Origin: Candidatus Kaiserbacteria bacterium RIFCSPHIGHO2_01_FULL_53_29
Lineage (GTDB): Bacteria; Patescibacteriota; Minisyncoccia; Phycocordibacterales; UBA2100
Assembly: GCA_001781125.1 (NCBI GenBank)
Contig: MFKT01000001.1
Location: forward strand, 3,630 to 67,629
Direction: 5' to 3'
DNA: 64,000 nucleotides
Shown: one piece after another, positions 18,346 to 25,587 of the stretch
Layout of the letters: each line of letters opens with the position of its first letter
Position numbering within the stretch: position 1 is the stretch's first letter
The notes under the pieces: generated by a model
Told to the model about the DNA's origin: nothing
The model's database searches: none
Seen by the model: the letters and a program-made list of their open reading frames with translations, nothing else
Position numbers and translations under genes: made by a program

Positions 18346-18690
18346 ATGTCACTTTCAAAATCAGCACAAAGAGACCGGCGCCACAAGCGAGTGCGCGCGA
18401 AGGTCATTGGCAGCGGAGCGCGGCCGCGTCTCTCTATCTACAAATCCAACACGCGTCTCACGGCGCAGATCATTGACGACGCGAAGGGTATCACTATCGC
18501 TGCTGTCTCGTCTGCCGAAGAGAAAGGCAAGACACCGCGCGAGCGGGCAGAAGCCGCTGCCGCAACACTTGCAAAGCATGCGGGCGCTAAGGGCGTGAAG
18601 ACGGTGGTTTTCGATCGTGGCGGTTTTCAATATCTTGGAACGGTGAAAGCGTTTGCCGATGCCGCGCGCGCTGCAGGACTCGAATTCTAA
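18346..18690 (+). CDS. rplR: 50S ribosomal protein L18
   Basis: RPRLSIYKSN, VFDRGGFQY, AR.AGLEF. Confidence 0.97.
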   Translation: MSLSKSAQRDRRHKRVRAKVIGSGARPRLSIYKSNTRLTAQIIDDAKGITIAAVSSAEEKGKTPRERAEAAAATLAKHAGAKGVKTVVFDRGGFQYLGTVKAFADAARAAGLEF

Positions 18691-18697
18691 TAATTAT

Positions 18698-19327
18698 ATG
18701 AATGTAGAACAAAATCCAGAACAGGAAGTAGCGACACCGGCAGACGAGGTTGTTGTGGAGGTGCCGGTTACGCCAGTAGAGCCACGTGCGCCACAGCAAG
18801 GCTTTGGAGGTGCTCGCGGGAATCGTGACCGGCGTGGCGGAGGTCGCGGGGGCCGTCCGGGTGGACAGCGTCGCGGGGGCGATGAGCGACGCTCGGAATT
18901 TGCGCAAAAATTGATCGGCATCCGGCGCGTCGCGCGCGTTATGGCAGGCGGTCGCCGCTTCAATTTCTCTGCGGCACTCGTGCTCGGCGACAAGAAAGGG
19001 CGGGTAGGAGTTGGCTTGGGCAAAGCCGCAGACACCGCGCAAGCGATCGAAAAGGCGACCCGTGCGGCAAAACGCGCCATGATTAATTTGAATCTGACGA
19101 AAACCCGCAGTCTCGCGCATAATGTCGAGGCCAAATACTGTGCATCGCGCGTCGAGATCCGACCTTCTCCCGGCCGGGGACTCGTCGCGGGTTCATCGGT
19201 GCGCACCGTGCTTGAGCTTGCCGGAGTCTCGGACGTCACGGCCAAGCTTCTTTCGCGCAGTAAAAATCCGGTCAACAACGCGCGCGCAGCTATCGAGGCC
19301 CTGAAGAGCATCTCGATCACACAATAG
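18698..19327 (+). CDS. rpsE: 30S ribosomal protein S5
   Basis: RVARVMAGGRRFNFSA, VLELAGV; ATG at 18698. Confidence 0.97.
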   Translation: MNVEQNPEQEVATPADEVVVEVPVTPVEPRAPQQGFGGARGNRDRRGGGRGGRPGGQRRGGDERRSEFAQKLIGIRRVARVMAGGRRFNFSAALVLGDKKGRVGVGLGKAADTAQAIEKATRAAKRAMINLNLTKTRSLAHNVEAKYCASRVEIRPSPGRGLVAGSSVRTVLELAGVSDVTAKLLSRSKNPVNNARAAIEALKSISITQ

Positions 19328-19331
19328 ACAT

Positions 19332-19781
19332 ATGGCATCACTCAATGCACTCAAACGCATGACAAAGAGGGCATATCGCCGCGTTGGGCGGGGACAATCG
19401 AGTACGCGTGGCAAGCAATCAGGTCGTGGCGGCAAGGGGCAAACCGCGCGGGCCGGCAACAAACGCCGACCCGAGATGCGCGACATCATCAAGAAATTGC
19501 CCAAGCGCCGCGGATACGGCAAGAACCGTGGACGCACCGTAGACGGCACCAGGCCGGATGCGGTCGCTCTCTCGATCGAACGCCTCAACGCTCTCTTTGA
19601 TGCGGGGGCGGAGGTGACGCCGCGAGCGCTTCAGGAGAAGGGTATTCTCAAACGGCGCACAATGGTGCCCGTGAAGATCGTCGGCGCAGGTGTTGCAAGC
19701 GGGAAATTTTCCATAAAAGGGATCGCAGTTTCCGCGTCCGCCCGCGCAGCGATCGAGAAGGCAGGCGGAACAATTGCATAG
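19332..19781 (+). CDS. rplO: 50S ribosomal protein L15
   Basis: RVGRG..GKQSGRGGKGQTARAG, IEKAGG. Confidence 0.96.
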   Translation: MASLNALKRMTKRAYRRVGRGQSSTRGKQSGRGGKGQTARAGNKRRPEMRDIIKKLPKRRGYGKNRGRTVDGTRPDAVALSIERLNALFDAGAEVTPRALQEKGILKRRTMVPVKIVGAGVASGKFSIKGIAVSASARAAIEKAGGTIA

Positions 19782-19807
19782 TTCGACGAAGCTCACTATA
19801 AATATCT

Positions 19808-21082
19808 ATGATGGAAACATTCTTGCGCAAAGTAAAACTTGTCTTCGAAGACGAGACGCTCCGCACGCGCATTCTCTTCGTCTTAGGCGCACTCGTAGTG
19901 TTCCGGTTTCTCGCTGCGATCCCCATTCCGGGTATCGACGCCACACAGCTTGAAGCATTTTTGAGCAACAACCAATTTCTCGGACTGCTTAATATATTCT
20001 CGGGAGGCGGCTTCTCGAACCTTTCTATCATGATGATCGGTGTCTCTCCGTACATCACTGCGTCGATCGTCATGCAGCTCATGACCGTCCTTATCCCGAA
20101 GTTGAAGGAGATGTATCAGGAGGAAGGTGACGCCGGCCGGATGCGCTTTATGCAATATTCGCGCTATCTCACTGTGCCGCTCGCGTTCGTTCAGGCGTTT
20201 GGATTTCTCCTCTTGCTCCAACAGAACGGTATTGTACCGGCTCTTTCCCCCTTGGGATTTGCGACCAACGTCTTTGTAATAGCCGCCGGCGCCATGCTCA
20301 TCATGTGGATCGGTGAGCTCGTCTCGGAATTCGGTGTAGGCAACGGTATCTCGCTCATTATTTTTGCGGGCATTGTTGCGGGTATCCCGAGCAGCGTATC
20401 GCAGTTCGCATTCTCCTTCGATGTCTCGCAGATTCCCACATATGTCGGATTTACTGCGGCTGCGGCCCTCATCATCGCGGGTGTCGTCTTCATTACCGAG
20501 GCTGAGCGGCCCATTCCCGTCACCTATGCCCGCCGCGTGCGCGGGACGAAAGTCTTGGGCGGCATTTCCACGTATTTGCCGCTTCGTGTGAATCAGGCCG
20601 GAGTGATCCCGATTATTTTTGCGCTCTCGATACTTCTCTTTCCGCAAATGATCGCCACGTTCCTCGCAAAAAGCTCCATCCCCTTCATTGCGTCCGCCGC
20701 AAGCGCGGTTGTTTCCGGCCTTGCCAATCAATGGATCTACGGCGGGCTGTATTTCTTCCTGGTATTCATCTTTACTTACTTCTATACTGCGATCACTTTT
20801 GAGCCGCATCAAGTCGCCAAGAACCTGCAGAAGAACGGCGCCTTTATTCCCGGAGTCCGGCCCGGTGGCACAACGGCGGAATATTTGGGAAACATCATCA
20901 CACGCATCACGCTCGTGGGCGCGCTCTTCCTGGGTATCCTTGCGGTTCTGCCGATCATTCTTCAGGGTATCACCGGAATTACCGCGGTCACGATCGGTGG
21001 CACGGCGCTCCTCATCGTTGTCTCTGTGGTATTGGACCTTGTCAAAAAGATTGACGCGCAGACGTCTATCAGAGAGTATTAA
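19808..21082 (+). CDS. secY: Preprotein translocase SecY
   Basis: GVSPYITASI, GVGNGISLIIF, FIPGVRPG, GGTALLIVV. Confidence 0.98.
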   Translation: MMETFLRKVKLVFEDETLRTRILFVLGALVVFRFLAAIPIPGIDATQLEAFLSNNQFLGLLNIFSGGGFSNLSIMMIGVSPYITASIVMQLMTVLIPKLKEMYQEEGDAGRMRFMQYSRYLTVPLAFVQAFGFLLLLQQNGIVPALSPLGFATNVFVIAAGAMLIMWIGELVSEFGVGNGISLIIFAGIVAGIPSSVSQFAFSFDVSQIPTYVGFTAAAALIIAGVVFITEAERPIPVTYARRVRGTKVLGGISTYLPLRVNQAGVIPIIFALSILLFPQMIATFLAKSSIPFIASAASAVVSGLANQWIYGGLYFFLVFIFTYFYTAITFEPHQVAKNLQKNGAFIPGVRPGGTTAEYLGNIITRITLVGALFLGILAVLPIILQGITGITAVTIGGTALLIVVSVVLDLVKKIDAQTSIREY

Positions 21083-21087
21083 TTGGA

Positions 21088-21684
21088 ATGGAGGCGGTAA
21101 CAGTCAAGCAAGTTGTGGTAATCGCCGGGCCATCCGGATCGGGCAAGAACGTCGTTATCAACGAGATATTGAAGCGGTATCCCAATTGCGCGCGGCTCGT
21201 GACGGCGACAACACGCGCGATGCGTCCCGGTGAGCAGGAAGGCGTCGACTATTATTTTATGTCGCAGGAGCAATTCGATGAGCAATTGAGTGCGGGAAAT
21301 ATCCTCGAACATCGCTTCGTTCCCGCACTCAACACCTACTACGGCACCTACCTGCCTGATCTCGCGAAAAGGATGAGCGAGGGAAAGATCGTTTTCGCAC
21401 AAGTGGACATCGAGGGGGCCAGGCTTCTGAAGAGTCGCTATGGGGCAACGACGATCTTCATCATGCCGGAATCACTCGAACAATTCAGGGCTCGTCTGCA
21501 TGTGCGCAACCCCGAATGGTCAGAGATCGAATTCAAAGCACGTATGAAAGTGACGGAACAAGAATTACATGAACACGCACCGCAGTATGACTATCGTATT
21601 GTGAACGCCGACGGAAAGTTGGAGGACACGCTGCGCGAGGTCGTGGAAATAATGCAGAAAGAAGGCTACAATCTCTCAACATGA
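21088..21684 (+). CDS. gmk: Guanylate kinase
   Basis: GPSGSGK, TTRAMRPGEQEGVDYYF. Confidence 0.93.
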   Translation: MEAVTVKQVVVIAGPSGSGKNVVINEILKRYPNCARLVTATTRAMRPGEQEGVDYYFMSQEQFDEQLSAGNILEHRFVPALNTYYGTYLPDLAKRMSEGKIVFAQVDIEGARLLKSRYGATTIFIMPESLEQFRARLHVRNPEWSEIEFKARMKVTEQELHEHAPQYDYRIVNADGKLEDTLREVVEIMQKEGYNLST

Positions 21685-21685
21685 A

Positions 21686-21782
21686 CCCCGTTAGAAAAAC
21701 GTTTTCAGGAATGTTGGCCAAAATAGTTTCTATGTGCAATACGAACGTTACTTTGATATGACAGATACATTTTCTAATGGGG
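21686..21782 (+). mobile_element. 97-bp CCCGTTAGA-family element at the adk start
   Basis: ccccgttagaaaa ... ttttctaatgggg, flanked by TGAA on both sides; mini-ORF 21681-21761. Confidence 0.8.
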
Positions 21783-22384
21783 TGAAACCCCTTACCGTTT
21801 TATTTTTCGGCTCACAGGGTGCTGGCAAAGGCACGCAGGTAAAGATGCTCATCGATTACCTCCGATCGAGATCGGATCGGGGTGTCGTCCATATCGACAT
21901 GGGCCAGCAACTCCGAAATCTCCGGGATACCGGCACATGGGCGGGGAAACTCACCGGTGAAATTATCGATGCGGGGGTACGCATCTATGATTTTATGGCG
22001 ATTTACCTCCAAACAAAACTGCTTGTGGATAATTTCACCGGCGAGCAGCATATCATCGCCGATGGCCTGGCGCGCGGGGAAGACCAGACACGAGGGTTCG
22101 ACGACATGATGCAATTTTTCAAGCGTGACGATCTTCAGGTCATCAACCTGGTAATTTCCGATGATACGGCAGTGAAGCGCCTCCTTGCGCGCGGCCGCAA
22201 CGACGATACGGAGGAAGCGATACGAAGGCGTCTCGCATGGACAAAAACGGACGTGATACCGCAGCTTGAACTTTTGAAAGGTCGCGGCCGCGCGATCCAC
22301 GAGATCGACGGTGAACCGGATGTCGCGTTGATACACAAGAGTATCCTGAAAGTTCTGGAATTGGCGCCCATAAAGGGGATCTAA
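21758..22384 (+). CDS. adk: Adenylate kinase-family NMP kinase (start ATG 21758 or GTG 21782)
   Basis: GSQGAGKGTQ, RGRNDDTEEAIRRRL; lies between secY and map. Confidence 0.85.
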   Translation: MTDTFSNGVKPLTVLFFGSQGAGKGTQVKMLIDYLRSRSDRGVVHIDMGQQLRNLRDTGTWAGKLTGEIIDAGVRIYDFMAIYLQTKLLVDNFTGEQHIIADGLARGEDQTRGFDDMMQFFKRDDLQVINLVISDDTAVKRLLARGRNDDTEEAIRRRLAWTKTDVIPQLELLKGRGRAIHEIDGEPDVALIHKSILKVLELAPIKGI

Positions 22385-22424
22385 GAATTTCCAACTCGTA
22401 TATGCTCGTAAGAACTTCTAAGAC

Positions 22425-23195
22425 ATGATCGCAAAGACCACGGATGATATCGAGGCGCTCCGTGAAGGAGGGCGCCGGCTCGCGCGGCATTTGCGCATCC
22501 TTTCCGGCATGGTTCTACCCGGCGTATCTGCGCGCGAACTCGAAGACAAGGCCCGCAAGATGGTGAAAGCGGAGGGCGATATACTCGCATTCTATGGTCA
22601 CACCGAAGGGAAAAAGGACAAGCCGTATCCATCCGGGCTGTGTCTTTCGGTCAATGATGTGATCGTGCACTCTCCCGCAAGCGACAATGGCGCGACCATC
22701 CACGATGGTGATGTGGTGTGCCTCGATTTTGGCATCAAACACAAAGGGCTCTATACCGACCACGCGGTCACGGTCATTGCGGGGACTGCGCGCGATCCTC
22801 ACGACGAGAGATTAGTGCGCGGCACCTATGAGGCGCTTGCTGCGGGGATCGCACAGGCGAAAGTGGGCAACACGACCGGCGACATTGGCTATGCGGTGCA
22901 AAAAGTTGCCGAGAAATATCATTTTGGATATCCAAAAAATCTCTCAGGCCATGGCGTGGGGCAGAAGGTGCATGAGGAGCCGCACATTCCGAATTTTGGC
23001 ACACCCCACACGGGCACGAAGCTCGAAGAAGGCATGGTCATCGCCATCGAGCCCATGATGACACTCGGAAGTGGCGAGCTTTTCATCGACAAAGACGGCC
23101 ACTCCTACCGCACAAAGGACGGCTCCCGCACTGCCCACGCCGAGCACACGGTACTTATCACAAAAGACGGTCCTGAGATTCTGACAGAAGAATAA
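22425..23195 (+). CDS. map: Methionine aminopeptidase type I
   Basis: SVNDVIVH, GHGVG..HEEP, AIEPM, AHAEHT. Confidence 0.96.
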   Translation: MIAKTTDDIEALREGGRRLARHLRILSGMVLPGVSARELEDKARKMVKAEGDILAFYGHTEGKKDKPYPSGLCLSVNDVIVHSPASDNGATIHDGDVVCLDFGIKHKGLYTDHAVTVIAGTARDPHDERLVRGTYEALAAGIAQAKVGNTTGDIGYAVQKVAEKYHFGYPKNLSGHGVGQKVHEEPHIPNFGTPHTGTKLEEGMVIAIEPMMTLGSGELFIDKDGHSYRTKDGSRTAHAEHTVLITKDGPEILTEE

Positions 23196-23200
23196 GTTCT

Positions 23201-23611
23201 ATGAAAATTATCATCTGCGGCTCCATCAGTGCAGCGGATGAGATTTTGTCTGCAAAGAAAATTCTGGAAGACACCGGTCATGTTGTTGAGGTCCCTGAAG
23301 GTGTCAAAAATAATGAGCTTCGTGCTCGAACGGACATCAGCAATGAAGAAAAAGCAAATGACAAAATCGCGCACGATCTCATCCGTAAGTATTTTGAGAA
23401 GGTCAAACAGTGCGATGTCGTTTTGGTGGTAAATCCGGAGAAGAGGGGAATAAAAGGGTATATCGGTGGTAATTCGCTCATCGAAATGGCGTTCGCGCAC
23501 GTTCTCGGTAAACCGCTCTATGTCCTCCATCCCATACCCCAACTCCCGTACACTGCAGAAATAATTGCTATGCAGCCCGTAATTTTGAACGGCGACCTGT
23601 CCCTCATCTGA
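23201..23611 (+). CDS. Nucleoside 2-deoxyribosyltransferase-like protein
   Basis: KIIICGS, CDVVLVVN, YIG...IEMAFA. Confidence 0.6.
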   Translation: MKIIICGSISAADEILSAKKILEDTGHVVEVPEGVKNNELRARTDISNEEKANDKIAHDLIRKYFEKVKQCDVVLVVNPEKRGIKGYIGGNSLIEMAFAHVLGKPLYVLHPIPQLPYTAEIIAMQPVILNGDLSLI

Positions 23612-23623
23612 TGATGGTACAAT

Positions 23624-23657
23624 GTACTCATTTCAAGCTATAGCGTAAGATAGGTAC
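23624..23657. repeat. 34-bp imperfect palindrome, left flank of the PaaX-like gene
   Basis: gtactcatttcaa-gctatagc-gtaagataggtac. Confidence 0.7.
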
Positions 23658-23659
23658 GT

Positions 23660-24229
23660 ATGGGGACGATGGAAGTTGAAAGTAGAAAGAGAACAAAGAA
23701 GAATCAACTAAAGGGGATGATTCTGGAAACCGTTAAGATAGCGGGTCTCATTAGCCTGTTTGTTGTTGCCCCCAATGTTATTGGAGCAATGGCAAAGATT
23801 GGTCTCATCGCGTCTCCTCGCCAGAAAGACGTGATACAACGCGCATCCCAGCGACTTGTTCGGCAGGGTTTGATGGAGTGGAGGCAGGGGAAGTTGCGTT
23901 TGACCGAAAAAGGGGAGAGGGAACTGCGTATACTGCAACTTCGCGAATTGGCGCGGAATCGGCCCCGAAAGTGGGACAAAAAGTGGCGGGTATTGATCTT
24001 TGACATTCCCGAACATCGTAAAGTATTGAGAGACAAAATCCGTACGACATTGCAAAAAATCGGCTTTGAACACTTACAGGATAGCGTATGGGTTTATCCC
24101 TATGACTGCGAAGACCTGATGGCGCTCCTGAAAGCTGAATTCCACGTCGGTGACGCGGTGCGCTACCTCATCGCGGATGCAATAGAGCGCGACGAGGGAC
24201 TGCGTCGGCATTTCAAGCTGTTATCGTAA
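23660..24229 (+). CDS. PaaX-like regulator (wHTH plus Cas2-like domain)
   Basis: LTEKG, WDKKWRVLIFDIPE, LQDSVWVYPYDC. Confidence 0.85.
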   Translation: MGTMEVESRKRTKKNQLKGMILETVKIAGLISLFVVAPNVIGAMAKIGLIASPRQKDVIQRASQRLVRQGLMEWRQGKLRLTEKGERELRILQLRELARNRPRKWDKKWRVLIFDIPEHRKVLRDKIRTTLQKIGFEHLQDSVWVYPYDCEDLMALLKAEFHVGDAVRYLIADAIERDEGLRRHFKLLS

Positions 24230-24230
24230 C

Positions 24231-24264
24231 GTACTTATCTCATGCTATAGCAGAGAATAAGTAC
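24231..24264. repeat. 34-bp imperfect palindrome, right flank of the PaaX-like gene
   Basis: gtacttatctcat-gctatagc-agagaataagtac. Confidence 0.7.
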
Positions 24265-24303
24265 GATGTGAAATAAGGAGAATTGTTCTGGTACAATTCT
24301 TCA

Positions 24304-25575
24304 ATGGATGTGTTACTTGTTGGTGGTGGTGGAAGAGAACACGCGCTCGCGTGGAAATTGAAACAATCGCCACGTATCGGGAAGCTTTATATTGCTCCGG
24401 GAAACGGCGGCACGCGGCTCCTTGGCGAAAATGTGCCGATAGGTGCGATGGAATTTGAGAAATTGGCGGACTTTGCAGAGGAAAAGAAAATCGGGCTTAC
24501 CGTTATTGGGCCCGATGATCCACTTGCGGGTGGCATTGTTGATGTGTTTAAGGCGCATGGCTTGCGCGTGTGGGGACCGACGAAAGAGGCGGCGCAGATC
24601 GAGGGCTCGAAAGCATTTTCAAAGCAGTTGATGCGCGAAGCCGGAATTCCGACGGGCGAGTTTGGTGTGTTCACCGAATATGAAAAAGCATTCGCCTACG
24701 TGCGTGAAAGAGGCCTGCCCATCGTGGTTAAAGCAAGCGGGCTTGCGCTTGGCAAGGGCGTCTATGTATGCCAGACGCTCGCGGATGCTGAAGCGGCACT
24801 CAATGAGGTCATGGTCAGGAAAATTCACAAAGACTCCGGCGACCAAGTCGTGATCGAAGAGTTCTTGGACGGACAAGAAATCTCGCTCCATGCACTTTCC
24901 GACGGGAAAAATTATTTGATGTTTCCGTCATCGCAGGACCACAAGACTATTGGTGAAGGGGATACGGGAAAAAACACCGGCGGAATTGGTACTATTGCGC
25001 CCGTACCGTGGGTTACTGCCGAGATGATGGGCACACTTGAAACTAATGTCGTCCGTCCGACGCTCAATGCACTTGCCGCGAAAGGCTCACCATTTGTCGG
25101 GATTTTATATCCGGGCCTTAAGATGAGTTCCAAGGGTCCGAAAGTCCTCGAATTCAACGCGCGGTTCGGCGATCCAGAGACGCAGGTGTATATGCGGCTG
25201 CTAAAAAACGATATCCTCGATCTTTTCGAGGCATGCATAGACGGAACACTCGACAAACAAATACTTGAATGGAATTCCGGATTCGCCGTCAACATCGTTC
25301 TGTGTTCCGGCGGCTATCCCGATGAATACAAAAAAGGATTTCCGATTACTGGGATCGAAGAAGCGGGGAAAGTCGATGGCGTCATCGTTTTTCACGCGGG
25401 CACCGTATTCGATGGTCAATTGAAGACCTCCGGTGGTCGCGTCCTCGGTGTATCTGCGGTCGGCGGCACCCTCAAAGAAGCGCTCGACCGCGCCTATAAA
25501 GCCGCGGACAAGATCCAATTTGAAGGAAAATACTACCGCCGCGACATCGGTGCGAAGGCGCTTGCGTTAGAGTGA
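24304..25575 (+). CDS. purD: Phosphoribosylamine-glycine ligase
   Basis: GGGGREHALAWKL, EFNARFGDPETQ, GGRVL; TACAAT-N6-ATG. Confidence 0.97.
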   Translation: MDVLLVGGGGREHALAWKLKQSPRIGKLYIAPGNGGTRLLGENVPIGAMEFEKLADFAEEKKIGLTVIGPDDPLAGGIVDVFKAHGLRVWGPTKEAAQIEGSKAFSKQLMREAGIPTGEFGVFTEYEKAFAYVRERGLPIVVKASGLALGKGVYVCQTLADAEAALNEVMVRKIHKDSGDQVVIEEFLDGQEISLHALSDGKNYLMFPSSQDHKTIGEGDTGKNTGGIGTIAPVPWVTAEMMGTLETNVVRPTLNALAAKGSPFVGILYPGLKMSSKGPKVLEFNARFGDPETQVYMRLLKNDILDLFEACIDGTLDKQILEWNSGFAVNIVLCSGGYPDEYKKGFPITGIEEAGKVDGVIVFHAGTVFDGQLKTSGGRVLGVSAVGGTLKEALDRAYKAADKIQFEGKYYRRDIGAKALALE

Positions 25576-25587
25576 TATACTTTCTCC

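Noticed and set aside
23660-24229. CRISPR-Cas locus suggested by the Cas2-like domain
   Set aside because: No cas1 or other cas genes and no repeat-spacer array seen; the domain layout fits PaaX-like regulators.
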